A DNA stretch of 64,000 nucleotides from a virus: the IMG/VR virus record IMGVR_UViG_3300006339_000005, positions 62,587-126,586 of that record; one strand, 5' to 3'. Shown one piece after another: positions 30,721 to 40,692 of the stretch (within the stretch, counting starts at the first letter, position 1; every line of letters begins with the position of its first letter). The translations under genes were made by a program, and so were the position numbers. Below the pieces are notes generated by a model, which saw nothing but the letters and a program-made list of their open reading frames with translations, made no database searches and was not told the origin of the DNA.

Positions 30721-31452
30721 ATGTTTTGGAAAAAGAATAATACAATTTGTTTAGACGTCTATACTGATAGAAAAGAGATGTTTGAGGGTTATCAGCCTAT
30801 GTTGGCTAGAAAGTTTATTCCAGACTGGTGGAAAAATTTACCACAGCATAGAGAACAAGATATGCCAGGATATCCTAAAATGCCAGTTGCAACTCTAAAA
30901 GGATGTCCAGCAATTAATGATATTCTTAAAACAGGAATTATATTTCCATCTTGGTGTGAACTTCATGCAAAAGTAGATGTAGGCGGTAATAAAGATGTTC
31001 ATCTTGTTCCAAACTATGTCCAAATAGCTGAACACGACGAGCGTGATTTTACACAACATAAACCTGAGATGGCACACATAAAAGTTACATCTCCTTGGGC
31101 AATTGTAGAAAAAACAGGTGTTAAATTTATTTGGATGAAACCAGATTGGCATCAAGATAAACCTTTATCATATTGGACAGTTCCAGGAATTGTTGATTTC
31201 AAATATCAACACGCTAGTTTACTTAATATGTTTGTCCCATATAATACTAAACTACAAATTAATACTGGAACTCCGTGGTTACAATTAATACCTTTATCTG
31301 AAAAGCCTGTAGAAGTAAAATGTCATTTAGTTTCTACACAAGACCTAGATCAAATAATGAGTGCAAATACATTTATATCAATAACAGGCGGTTACTTAAA
31401 AAAGATAAGACATATTAGAAAACAGCAGGAGCGACTAGATGAAAACGATTAG
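30721..31452 (+). CDS. Hypothetical beta-barrel protein (paralog of 38576-39331)
   Basis: TLKGCPAINDILKTG..W..PW..P.LQLIP shared with 38576-39331. Confidence 0.6.
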   Translation: MFWKKNNTICLDVYTDRKEMFEGYQPMLARKFIPDWWKNLPQHREQDMPGYPKMPVATLKGCPAINDILKTGIIFPSWCELHAKVDVGGNKDVHLVPNYVQIAEHDERDFTQHKPEMAHIKVTSPWAIVEKTGVKFIWMKPDWHQDKPLSYWTVPGIVDFKYQHASLLNMFVPYNTKLQINTGTPWLQLIPLSEKPVEVKCHLVSTQDLDQIMSANTFISITGGYLKKIRHIRKQQERLDEND

Positions 31453-32002
31453 TGAAGAATACATATTACAACTATCAAGATTACACGATCAAAAAGCTTC
31501 ATTTGGTGATGCTAAAGGATTAAAGAAAACAGAAAAATATATTAGAAAATATAATCCTAAAAGCATTCTTGACTATGGCTGTGGTAAGGGCGGAGTAACT
31601 TTAGCACTACAAGAAACATATCCAGATTTAAGAGTTCAAGGATATGATCCTGGTAATCCTAACTTTAATACTAGGCCTGAAGGGACGTTTGATATGCTTG
31701 TGTCAACAGATGTGTTAGAACATATTGAACCTGTATTTTTAGAAAATGTTTTACGACATATGAATGAGTTGTGTACCAAAGTTGCATTTTTTATTATTGC
31801 AACTAGTCCTGCTAAAAAGTTTTTACCTGATGGACGTAATGCTCATCTTATTGTTGAAAACCCAGGATGGTGGAAACCTTTACTAGAAAAACATATTGAA
31901 GGTAACATTGTGCATCATGAATTTGTAGAAAAAACTAGAACAGATAAACGAGGTACTGTTCATCCTAATAACAAATATCTCGTAGTAATGGAAAAAACAT
32001 GA
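31439..32002 (+). CDS. Class I SAM-dependent methyltransferase
   Basis: ILDYGCGKG, GYDP, DVLEHIEP. Confidence 0.9.
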   Translation: MKTISEEYILQLSRLHDQKASFGDAKGLKKTEKYIRKYNPKSILDYGCGKGGVTLALQETYPDLRVQGYDPGNPNFNTRPEGTFDMLVSTDVLEHIEPVFLENVLRHMNELCTKVAFFIIATSPAKKFLPDGRNAHLIVENPGWWKPLLEKHIEGNIVHHEFVEKTRTDKRGTVHPNNKYLVVMEKT

Positions 32003-32475
32003 AATATCAAATTAAAGAGAATTTTTTAGATGAAGGCGCATTTAAGTTTATGGCAATGCAATTTATGGGTCATCAGTTACCTTGGTATTACCAAGCAGGT
32101 GTTAGTAAATATAATGATAATGATATGTATTTTACACATCTCTTCTATTCTGAACACGAGTGGGAAGGTGCCAAGCAACTAGTTCAACCTTTATTAGATG
32201 CATTAGAGCCAAAAGGTTTAATAAGAGTAAAAGCAAATTTGTATCCGCGATCACAAAAACTCATAACACATAAATTCCATGCTGACAAAGAGTATACACA
32301 TACCTCAGCATTGTTGTATATTAACACTAATAATGGATTTACTATCTTAGAAGATGGAACAAAAATTGAAAGTGTAGCAAATCGTTTAGTATTAATTGAC
32401 GGAAGTCAAAAACATTGTAGTACTAATTGTACTGATGAGACTGTTAGAGTAAACGTAGGAGTTAATTTCTTTTAA
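31999..32475 (+). CDS. 2OG-Fe(II) oxygenase-like protein
   Basis: FHAD, LLYINTNNGFT, ANRLVLIDG..HCS..R. Confidence 0.8.
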   Translation: MKYQIKENFLDEGAFKFMAMQFMGHQLPWYYQAGVSKYNDNDMYFTHLFYSEHEWEGAKQLVQPLLDALEPKGLIRVKANLYPRSQKLITHKFHADKEYTHTSALLYINTNNGFTILEDGTKIESVANRLVLIDGSQKHCSTNCTDETVRVNVGVNFF

Positions 32476-33206
32476 TGTCTTTTACAAACTTAATGACTAT
32501 AGCTCTTGATTCCATTTTAGATGAAGTTACTTGTAATGGAAAATGTACTCCAACTGTAGTTGAATTGGGCAACCAAAGGTTGAAAAATAATAAGTCCCGT
32601 GCTAAAATGTATAATAAATTACAAACTACTGGCACGCCAGGACTTTCTACAACTAAAGAGTTTTTTTTAGATATTGGATTTAGAAAATATCTAGCTATTG
32701 ATGTAAACACAGAAATGGATGCAGTTGCTTTAGATCTTAATATGGATTTAGAAAAACACTATGGATTTAAAGATAAGTTTGATTTAGTAACTAACAACGG
32801 TACTGGTGAACACGTTTTTAATCAGTATATGGTATTTAGAAATGTTCATAACTTATGCCAAGTTAAAGGTTTTATGATTCATATATTACCTTTTTATAGA
32901 TGGGTAGATCACGGCTTTTATAATTTTCAACCTAATTTATTTCCGTGTTTAGCATTACAAAACAATTATAAATTACATGGATTATGGATAGGAACAAGTG
33001 ACGGACAAAAAATAGAAAAGCTATCTGGAAAATTATCTCGTGATAAAGGATACAGAAATAATTATAATTTAGATAGTTGGGAACGTGATCCAATGGTAGT
33101 TGCTATTATGCAAAAACAAGACGATAAAGAATTTAGTTCACCACAACAGCATTTATATAACAATGAAAATATTGCTAGTGCTGAAATATCTGATAGGTAT
33201 AAATGA
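32475..33206 (+). CDS. SAM-dependent methyltransferase-like protein
   Basis: VVELGNQ, DLN, FDLVTNNGTGEHVFN. Confidence 0.7.
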   Translation: MSFTNLMTIALDSILDEVTCNGKCTPTVVELGNQRLKNNKSRAKMYNKLQTTGTPGLSTTKEFFLDIGFRKYLAIDVNTEMDAVALDLNMDLEKHYGFKDKFDLVTNNGTGEHVFNQYMVFRNVHNLCQVKGFMIHILPFYRWVDHGFYNFQPNLFPCLALQNNYKLHGLWIGTSDGQKIEKLSGKLSRDKGYRNNYNLDSWERDPMVVAIMQKQDDKEFSSPQQHLYNNENIASAEISDRYK

Positions 33207-33952
33207 ATTTAAGCGTACTACAAAACTTTAAACCAGAACATTTTAAAATGGATCCGTTCCCCCATATCCATATACCACAGGTATTACCTTGGAGTTTATA
33301 CAAGGAATTAGAAGAACAGTATCCTGAAGAACTTATGCTTAATGGAAGAACTGAAGGTTTTGGCGATATGCGTTACCAACAAAAAGACTTTGATTATTCT
33401 CGTATTACACCTTTATGGAATGCATTTGCTGAATATCATACTAGTAAGTACTTTAAAGATGAAGTAATTACTGCATTTAACGAAGCAATAAACAAACATT
33501 ATAAACCTTATTATATTAAGTATGCTAGGGCAGATGTAAAAGGTAGATACGATCAGGGTCCAGAACCAATGAAAATGGAAATGCAATTTGTTATTAATGC
33601 TATTGATAGCAAATATATTAGAACTCCACACGTTGATCAAGCACGTGAATTATTTGCATTTTTATTTTATTTTAAAAAATTTGATGATAAAGGCGACGAC
33701 GGTGGATTAAATCTGTACCAAAAAACAACAGATAAACAATGGCGTAGACAAGGTAGTGGGCGTGAAGCATTACCTGAAGATATTAAGGCTGTAGGACATA
33801 TTCAATATTCAATGAACACAATGGTAGGCTTCTTAAATACAGTAAACAGTATACACGGCGTTACTCCAAGAAAAAATCCAAATACTGTTAGACGGTATGT
33901 AAATATTGATTGCCATGTGCAGGAAAAATTATTTAAATTTGGAGAAGAATAA
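33203..33952 (+). CDS. 2OG-Fe(II) oxygenase
   Basis: PHVD, GGLNLY, SIHGVTPR..R. Confidence 0.85.
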   Translation: MNLSVLQNFKPEHFKMDPFPHIHIPQVLPWSLYKELEEQYPEELMLNGRTEGFGDMRYQQKDFDYSRITPLWNAFAEYHTSKYFKDEVITAFNEAINKHYKPYYIKYARADVKGRYDQGPEPMKMEMQFVINAIDSKYIRTPHVDQARELFAFLFYFKKFDDKGDDGGLNLYQKTTDKQWRRQGSGREALPEDIKAVGHIQYSMNTMVGFLNTVNSIHGVTPRKNPNTVRRYVNIDCHVQEKLFKFGEE

Positions 33953-33957
33953 GATAA

Positions 33958-34641
33958 ATGGACTGGACTTATAGTGGAAAAAAACTAGAAAGTAAAAACA
34001 ACTTGCATAGGTATCTTAAACTACCATTTGATATTAAGAAACATCCTATGTGTGAAACTGTTCCGGATAGCTATGCTCATTATGATCTTGATCCTTACAG
34101 GGATAATTTATTCGAAGAATGGAACCGCAGTTTAGGTTTAACTACTATGCACGTGGAAATGTTTTATACTCCACCTAACGGCGGTGAGTTACCAATACAC
34201 GCAGACGATGTAGTTATAAACGATCGAGCAAAAATTAATATAACTTGGGGACCTGCTGAAGGGACTTTTAGATGGTGGACTTCAGATAAAGTTAAAATTA
34301 TTAACTCAGCAAAAGAGGCTAGAGAAATGCTAGGTTCTGAGTTACTTATAGATGATTCGGCAACAAGCATAGGTAAAGGCGACCAATGGTCTGATAAGAA
34401 AGAAGGAGAACACATCAATTTAATGGCTAGGAAAGAAGACTGCACATTAGTATACGAGTGCAATACTAATATACCTAGTTTAGTAAATGTAGGACAATTA
34501 CATTCAACTTGGAATCCTTCAACTGAACCACGATGGACATTATGCTTTATGTCAGGAAGTGCCGCAATTCGTGACGGTGCCTACCTTACATTTGAAGAGG
34601 CTTGTGAGGCATATCAAGACTTTATTATAGGAGAATATTAA
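33958..34641 (+). CDS. Cupin/2OG oxygenase-like protein
   Basis: PIHAD..QLHST..RW HxD..H triad. Confidence 0.65.
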   Translation: MDWTYSGKKLESKNNLHRYLKLPFDIKKHPMCETVPDSYAHYDLDPYRDNLFEEWNRSLGLTTMHVEMFYTPPNGGELPIHADDVVINDRAKINITWGPAEGTFRWWTSDKVKIINSAKEAREMLGSELLIDDSATSIGKGDQWSDKKEGEHINLMARKEDCTLVYECNTNIPSLVNVGQLHSTWNPSTEPRWTLCFMSGSAAIRDGAYLTFEEACEAYQDFIIGEY

Positions 34642-35003
34642 TGACAGTTAAGGCAGGAAAAGTATGGGGACAAACTGAACTAATTCATGCTAATGGTGTA
34701 TTAGAATTTCACCGTATTGAATTTAACGCAGGCTTTAAATGTTCAGAACACGAACACGAATATAAGTGGAACGGATTTTTTGTTGAACGCGGCAAGATGC
34801 TTGTCCGAGTTTGGCAAACTGAAGACCAAGATGGATTAGTAGATGAAACTATTCTTGGCCCAGGTGACTTTACTGTAGTAAAACCTGGAATGGTTCATCA
34901 ATTCGAAGGCGTGGAAAATGGTGTCGCTTTTGAACTTTACTGGGCTGAATTTGATCATAACGATATCGTTCGTAGAACAGTCGGCTCAAAAATTAACTCT
35001 TAA
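34641..35003 (+). CDS. Cupin-domain protein
   Basis: KVWG, CSEHEH..KWNGFFV, PGMVHQF. Confidence 0.8.
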   Translation: MTVKAGKVWGQTELIHANGVLEFHRIEFNAGFKCSEHEHEYKWNGFFVERGKMLVRVWQTEDQDGLVDETILGPGDFTVVKPGMVHQFEGVENGVAFELYWAEFDHNDIVRRTVGSKINS

Positions 35004-35311
35004 TGGAGAGAAACATGAGATACGCAATATTAGTTTTATTCAGTTTTATGTTTATGGGATGTGTAGGATTATATGCTGATTCAGAGATAAAGACTGGAAG
35101 TTGGACAGCTAATAGTCACAAACATACATGGCGATCTCAGTCATGGGGATTTATGGAATATCCTGCAGATGAGAAGAAACTTACAAAATTTTTAGCTGAG
35201 CAACCATTGTATAAAGATTGTGTAGCTAAAAATGGTCACATAACCCAAATATACCAAGATGGTATGATTGGCGACCTAACTCTTATTTGCCAAGAGAAGG
35301 TAAAGATGTAA
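35003..35311 (+). CDS. Putative lipoprotein
   Basis: Hydrophobic N-terminus ending FMGC. Confidence 0.5.
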   Translation: MERNMRYAILVLFSFMFMGCVGLYADSEIKTGSWTANSHKHTWRSQSWGFMEYPADEKKLTKFLAEQPLYKDCVAKNGHITQIYQDGMIGDLTLICQEKVKM

Positions 35312-35503
35312 ATGGTTTTATATCTTTACCAGTGCTGGCGTTGTTGCTGGACTGAAACACTTGATATAAAAGTAGCAACTAGAGATGAAAAACAATGGTG
35401 TCAAGCCTGTCGTGAGAACTCGTTATCTAGAAAAGGCTGGGCCTTACGACCTGAAGGATGGCACAAGAACAAAGATGGTGTAGTAACTATTAGAAAGGTA
35501 TGA
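35312..35503 (+). CDS. Small Zn-ribbon protein
   Basis: CWRC..CQAC. Confidence 0.55.
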   Translation: MVLYLYQCWRCCWTETLDIKVATRDEKQWCQACRENSLSRKGWALRPEGWHKNKDGVVTIRKV

Positions 35504-35637
35504 ATGTTTGGAGTATGTAAAGCAATAAAACGTTGGTGGATGTGGACAACGCAAGAACCGTTGTTATTAACAAAGGAGGTGAAGCCAAAGAAGAAAAAGA
35601 AAAAGTATAAACGTAAATCTAATCCTTATGGTGGAAA

Positions 35638-35826
35638 ATGGAAAGGAAACTTATAATGACAAAAGAAGAAACACGCCCTAAAATATATGAGCGTAACCCT
35701 GATACAGGTGTAATTCGTTGGAGGTATCTTGGTGAAGATCCAGAAAAGTATGGGTGGCCACATTATGGAAATATTCTATCTGAAGAAGAAGCTAAAAATA
35801 TAGAAGGACCAATACATGAGAAATAA
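35638..35826 (+). CDS. Small hypothetical protein
   Basis: KIYERNPDTG..RWR; start may be 35656. Confidence 0.55.
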   Translation: MERKLIMTKEETRPKIYERNPDTGVIRWRYLGEDPEKYGWPHYGNILSEEEAKNIEGPIHEK

Positions 35827-35941
35827 AGATGAATATCAAGAATTAGCTGACTGTATTAGATCTGATCAATTATCTGCAAGACAAGTTGTTGTAGAGTTTG
35901 AAGAAGATCCTGAATTTGCAAAATGGTACAAAAAGAAGTAC

Positions 35942-35970
35942 TTGACAAATAGCGAATAATCTAGTATACT
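35942..35970 (+). promoter_or_regulatory. sigma70-type promoter
   Basis: TTGACA-17nt-TATACT. Confidence 0.78.
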
Positions 35971-35977
35971 ATTACTA

Positions 35978-36442
35978 ATGAGTAGACTATCCAACAAAGA
36001 AATCTTTTATGCGATCGATACTGATAGTAAATCCGTATGGAACGAATATACTGATGAAGAACGCACACAGATTATTAAAGAAAAGTTTTGGTTATTAAAC
36101 CGATACAATAGTCTTGTTAATGGCAATGTTGATGATCAAGAATATGCTATCTACTCTACTAATGAACTTTATAATAAAAATTGGGCTGTGGTTAGTAAAC
36201 ATCCAAAACTACTTTGGCAACTATTGTGTTGCACACACAACTCAAAAAGAAAAGCAAAATCACATGGTTGGATAGCGTTAAAGAAAAAGGGTGGTAAAAA
36301 TAAAGCATCTAATTTTTTATTAGACCTTTATCCAAACATGAAAGAAGATGAGGCAGAACTCCTTGCTGAAATATCTACAAAAGCAGAACTTCAACAACTT
36401 GCACAAGACTTGGGCTACGAGAAACGAGATGTTAAGTTCTAA
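35978..36442 (+). CDS. Clamp loader small subunit (gp62-like)
   Basis: FWLLNRY, LLWQLLC, HGWI..KK, YPNMKEDEAELL pattern. Confidence 0.65.
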   Translation: MSRLSNKEIFYAIDTDSKSVWNEYTDEERTQIIKEKFWLLNRYNSLVNGNVDDQEYAIYSTNELYNKNWAVVSKHPKLLWQLLCCTHNSKRKAKSHGWIALKKKGGKNKASNFLLDLYPNMKEDEAELLAEISTKAELQQLAQDLGYEKRDVKF

Positions 36443-37115
36443 ACCATTTACTTGTAAATACTGTGGTACAGGATACACAAGAGAAAAAACTCTTGCTGTC
36501 CATATGTGCGAAAAGAAAAGACGCCATATGCAAAAAGAAGAAAAAAGAGTACAACTAGGATTCTTAACTTTTAATAGGTTCTATCAATTGTGCCAAAAGT
36601 TTGAAGGAAATAAAACCTATGAAGAGTTTTGTGATAGTCCTTATTATAATGCTTTTGTTAAGTTTGGTAGTTTTGTCAGCAACGTACGACCTTTATATCC
36701 TGACAAATATGTAGACTACGTTGTAACTAGTGGAGTTAAACTAGACCATTGGTGTAGAGAAGAATTATATGAAAAGTATGCATTAGATTTAATACTTAAA
36801 GAAAGTGTTGAAACTGCACTTGAAAGAAGTATTAAAACAATGATGGATTGGGGAGAAGAAAAAGAAGCACCGTGGCAACATTACTTTTCTTATGCTAGTT
36901 TAAATCGTGCTTGCCAAGATATTAAAGATGGAAAAATAAGTCCGTGGTTAATACTTAATACTAAAAGCGGAAAAGAAATGTTAAGTAAGTTTACTGATGA
37001 ACAATTACAAATTGTATATCATGTTATGGATCCAAAACATTGGTCTATGCGTTTTAAAAGACATATAGCCGATGTAGAATTAGTTAAAGAAATAGCAAAG
37101 GAAAGTAGTTTATGA
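36429..37115 (+). CDS. Hypothetical protein with N-terminal Zn finger
   Basis: FTCKYC..LAVHMC; start refined to 36429. Confidence 0.7.
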   Translation: MLSSKPFTCKYCGTGYTREKTLAVHMCEKKRRHMQKEEKRVQLGFLTFNRFYQLCQKFEGNKTYEEFCDSPYYNAFVKFGSFVSNVRPLYPDKYVDYVVTSGVKLDHWCREELYEKYALDLILKESVETALERSIKTMMDWGEEKEAPWQHYFSYASLNRACQDIKDGKISPWLILNTKSGKEMLSKFTDEQLQIVYHVMDPKHWSMRFKRHIADVELVKEIAKESSL

Positions 37116-37285
37116 GCAAGGGTAGTAGACAGCGACCCATTAAAGATAAAAAACAGTACGATAAAAACTGGGAACAAATTTTTAGTAAAGATACTAATAA
37201 CTCTGCTGATGATGAATTTGGCTTTATATACGGCGACTACCCAGGACACGTTAAGAAGAAAAAACCAAAAAAGGAAACAAAATGA
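37112..37285 (+). CDS. Small basic hypothetical protein
   Basis: MSKGSRQRP..NWEQIF; ATGA overlaps at both ends. Confidence 0.6.
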   Translation: MSKGSRQRPIKDKKQYDKNWEQIFSKDTNNSADDEFGFIYGDYPGHVKKKKPKKETK

Positions 37286-37524
37286 GCAATGATAAATTTG
37301 ATAAACTTAAAGCCCATGGACTTGTAATAGAAGATATCAAAGCCCAAGTTAGTATTGAAGACGATGATTCAGTTACACTTAAATTTACTGGATTTAAATC
37401 TAATATATCAGCACAAGAATATGCAAATAGAATTCTTGCTAATTTAAGTTTTATGTTAGAAATGATAGAAGAAAATGCACCAAACGATCCAAGATCAATT
37501 GACAAAAAGAGAACGGTTCACTAA
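37282..37524 (+). CDS. Small hypothetical protein
   Basis: 80 aa in coupled series. Confidence 0.6.
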   Translation: MSNDKFDKLKAHGLVIEDIKAQVSIEDDDSVTLKFTGFKSNISAQEYANRILANLSFMLEMIEENAPNDPRSIDKKRTVH

Positions 37525-38087
37525 TGCCAGATATTGATATAGATTTTGCTGACAGAAATATTATACTTGAAAAGTTAAAACATCGTGTGGCTAAATTAGA
37601 TACAGAAAAGAAACACAACACCGGAGTTTACTTTACTGAAGTACCTTGTAATCCTGTTAATAATGTATCAACAATTGATTATAAAACTGCTGATAAAAGA
37701 GGGTACTTTAAATTAGATTTTTTGAATGTAAGCCTTTATAAAGATATCAAAGATGAAGATCATCTAAATAAGTTAATACAAAAGGAGCCACTGTGGACAC
37801 TTCTAGAACACAAAGATTTCGTAGAACAACTCTTTCACATCGGAGAACATGGCACCATTTTAGAATCAATGAAGCCGCAAAGCGTCGAAGAATTAGCAAT
37901 GATCCTGGCAATAATCCGTCCAGGAAAACGTCACCTACTAGGGAAGACGTGGAAAGAAGTGAGCGAGACGATTTGGAAGAAACCGACTACTAACGAATAC
38001 TACTTTAAAAAAGCTCATGCAATTGCTTATGCAATGGCCATTGTTGTACAAATGAATTTAATATGTGAAGGATTAGTAAATGCCTAA
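37524..38087 (+). CDS. Miniature DNA polymerase III alpha (DnaE)-like protein
   Basis: PDIDIDF, HNTGVY, GYFKLDFL, FKKAHAIAYA motifs in only 187 aa. Confidence 0.85.
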   Translation: MPDIDIDFADRNIILEKLKHRVAKLDTEKKHNTGVYFTEVPCNPVNNVSTIDYKTADKRGYFKLDFLNVSLYKDIKDEDHLNKLIQKEPLWTLLEHKDFVEQLFHIGEHGTILESMKPQSVEELAMILAIIRPGKRHLLGKTWKEVSETIWKKPTTNEYYFKKAHAIAYAMAIVVQMNLICEGLVNA

Positions 38088-38592
38088 TGGCCCTATAAAA
38101 ATAATTGATAATTGGTTAGATACCGAGTTAATAAATCATCTGTCAGAAAGATTTTTATATCATTATCCACATCATTTTGTTGAAAAGTCTCTTAATACTA
38201 AACCAATTATGTATTCATATGACTTTAATCCTGGTGATACATTAGTAGATTTTTTATCTGCTAAAGTGCAAAACCAAGTAACAAGTAATCACAATATTAC
38301 TTTTACTAGAATATATTTTAATGTTGCACACCCCGGCATGAACGGAATGTTTCATGTAGATTCTAAAGATCCTAGTGCTGGCCCGTCTATAATGTTAATG
38401 GTTACACCCAAAGGCGAAGGTGGAGAATTTTATTATAAACCTGATCCAGATGATAATCTTAGTACAGAAAAAGTCGAGTATGAACAAAATAGATTATTAA
38501 TTTTTGACGCACACATAGAACATTATGGTGCATCATTTAAAGACAAACCGCGAATAACTTTGGTATTTAAAACTTATGTCGAAGCCAACTGA
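38080..38592 (+). CDS. 2OG-Fe(II) oxygenase (prolyl-hydroxylase-like)
   Basis: FHVD, GGEF, NRLLIFD..HYG..R. Confidence 0.85.
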   Translation: MPNGPIKIIDNWLDTELINHLSERFLYHYPHHFVEKSLNTKPIMYSYDFNPGDTLVDFLSAKVQNQVTSNHNITFTRIYFNVAHPGMNGMFHVDSKDPSAGPSIMLMVTPKGEGGEFYYKPDPDDNLSTEKVEYEQNRLLIFDAHIEHYGASFKDKPRITLVFKTYVEAN

Positions 38593-39331
38593 TGTAACAT
38601 TCTTTACACTATTTCCTGAATTAATGGAAACCATGCCACCAGTACCAGCTAGTGAGTTTTGGCCAGAGTGGTTTAAAAAAAGTCCTGCTTCCAGAGACCA
38701 GGCTGAAGGAAATGCCGGCTCTGAGTTCTTTACTAAAGCACATAGAGATTTTAGAACTGTAAAGAGCTGTCCTGGTATTCTTGATGTTATTAATATGGGA
38801 TATATTATTCCACTGTGGAGTGATTACCAACTTACTAAACAGACGGATGGACAATTAGGCTGGCAACTACCTTCATCAGGCCCCTTAGGTGATAGTAATT
38901 TATATGGTGCCGCAATTCATCCACATGATCAAATATCAGGTTATCCATTTGGAGAGGATACGTGGAAAGGATCATTTAAATTTCAAAACCCTTGGATGGT
39001 AAAAACACCTAAAGGATATAGTTGTCTTATGATCCACCCTTTTTACAATAAACATCCTAACTTACAAGTGTTACCTGGAAGTATTGATACTGATGTTTAC
39101 CATGAACTTCATGTAAATACTTTCTTTACTGCAAAAGTAAATGACACAATTTTATTTAACTATGGTATGCCACTAGTGCAAATTATTCCTTATAAAAGAG
39201 AGGAATATAAAATGGAAGTATTAGTTGGGGATCATAGAACTAAATCAAATATATTAACACAATTTATACATAATTCTATTTTTTCAAAAGAACATTATAG
39301 AGCAAAACTCTCGCCGAAGCGATACAAATAG
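38576..39331 (+). CDS. Hypothetical beta-barrel protein (paralog of 30721-31452)
   Basis: TVKSCPGILDVINMG..W..NPW..GMPLVQIIP. Confidence 0.6.
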   Translation: MSKPTDVTFFTLFPELMETMPPVPASEFWPEWFKKSPASRDQAEGNAGSEFFTKAHRDFRTVKSCPGILDVINMGYIIPLWSDYQLTKQTDGQLGWQLPSSGPLGDSNLYGAAIHPHDQISGYPFGEDTWKGSFKFQNPWMVKTPKGYSCLMIHPFYNKHPNLQVLPGSIDTDVYHELHVNTFFTAKVNDTILFNYGMPLVQIIPYKREEYKMEVLVGDHRTKSNILTQFIHNSIFSKEHYRAKLSPKRYK

Positions 39332-39341
39332 GAGAAGAAGA

Positions 39342-39503
39342 ATGAAGAAAATTTTAACGGTAACTGCATTAACACCATTCATATTAGGCAATTCAGCAGG
39401 AACTCTTGGCGCATTACTACCATTGGCAATAGGAGCAATTATTGGTCTTGTTGTAATTATTGGTATAGTATGGGGTGCTTGTAAATTCTTTAAGAACTCT
39501 TAG
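39342..39503 (+). CDS. Small membrane protein (53 aa)
   Basis: GGAG RBS; MKKILTVTALTPFILGNSAGTLGALLPLAIGAIIGLVVIIGIVWGACKFFKNS. Confidence 0.6.
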   Translation: MKKILTVTALTPFILGNSAGTLGALLPLAIGAIIGLVVIIGIVWGACKFFKNS

Positions 39504-39864
39504 GCTTTCTCATGAGTTGAACGCTTTTTCTTTTGACTCTTTTAACTGATAAATTACCTAAATTTACTACAGGACCTACTGTTACCTTAACATCTTTAGT
39601 ATTCATAGTTATTAAAGCGTGTTTAAATTTAGAAAATTCTTTAGGTAAGAAGATACTTATAGGTATGGTCCTATTACTTTCAAACCACCACGTCTCGCCC
39701 ATATGTATAAAATGCTCTTTTTCTTCAGATTCTCTAAGCATAGTGTAAATGTACATTGATGTGACGTGCTGATCTTGATTAGCAATTATACCTATATACT
39801 CCTGCCCGCCGTACTGTACAACGCTTAGGAAGGGGAATTTAGTTTCTATGTCTTTTAATAGCAT
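39490..39864 (-). CDS. Hypothetical protein
   Basis: 124-aa lone minus-strand ORF with protein-like composition; no good + strand ORF fills the gap. Confidence 0.7.
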   Translation of the reverse strand: MLLKDIETKFPFLSVVQYGGQEYIGIIANQDQHVTSMYIYTMLRESEEKEHFIHMGETWWFESNRTIPISIFLPKEFSKFKHALITMNTKDVKVTVGPVVNLGNLSVKRVKRKSVQLMRKPKSS

Positions 39865-39903
39865 CTTTCAAATAAATACAATGTATAATATAGTGAGAAC
39901 CGA

Positions 39904-40692
39904 ATGCAGTTAACACCTAGATATTTATCAACCAACAAAGCCATTATCATAGCAGATTTGGCTAATAACATAACGGAGTATAAACCAGTGTACCAGAGAA
40001 ATTTACAAGTCTACAAAGGCATAGACAATCTATTAACCTTTGAAATTAAAAACCCTGATCAGAAACCTTTAAGTATATTAAACACTTACACTCCCAAGTT
40101 TGTTGCGTTTGATGAAAACAATAACCTCGTGATCGAGCACGACGGAAATGTCCTTGAAACTTCTACTCCTAGTAGAAAAGGACAGTTTGAAATAAATGTT
40201 ACAGAAAACGACTTATTAGATTTAAAGTCACAATATTTAACCTACAATATTTACCTTATAAAAACTGCAGATTTAACTAAGGTACTCACTTATGCAAACA
40301 CTCATTATAATGCAAAAGGTAATATCTTTGTAAGTGCTGAAGCATTTCCAGGACCATCAACAACATATACTATAAAAACATTTACAGAAACTGATTACGA
40401 TTCTGATGTATTTGTAAGTGAATCAATTACAGCAGACCCAGCCAAAAACGGAAATGAAGCATTACATAGTGCGGCATTTTATACAACTGACTTCGAAGGC
40501 GAAGTGTTTATTGAAGCTACATTAGAGAATCAAGTTTCGGGTGCTACTAGATGGGGACAAGTTGCTACACTTAATTTAGATAACCCAACAGAACCTCAAT
40601 ATGTAAACTTTAATGGTGTGTTCTCTCATTTAAGAGCTAGATACCAAAATCAAATTTCCGGAACAATTGATCAAGTATTGATAAAAAACTAG
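39904..40692 (+). CDS. Probable virion structural protein (beta-sandwich)
   Basis: AATAAATA at 39871-39878; VYKGIDNLLTFEIKN pattern. Confidence 0.5.
   Translation: MQLTPRYLSTNKAIIIADLANNITEYKPVYQRNLQVYKGIDNLLTFEIKNPDQKPLSILNTYTPKFVAFDENNNLVIEHDGNVLETSTPSRKGQFEINVTENDLLDLKSQYLTYNIYLIKTADLTKVLTYANTHYNAKGNIFVSAEAFPGPSTTYTIKTFTETDYDSDVFVSESITADPAKNGNEALHSAAFYTTDFEGEVFIEATLENQVSGATRWGQVATLNLDNPTEPQYVNFNGVFSHLRARYQNQISGTIDQVLIKN

Noticed and set aside
37499-37527. sigma70 promoter before mini-DnaE
   Set aside because: TTGACA present but no acceptable -10 at 16-18 nt spacing.
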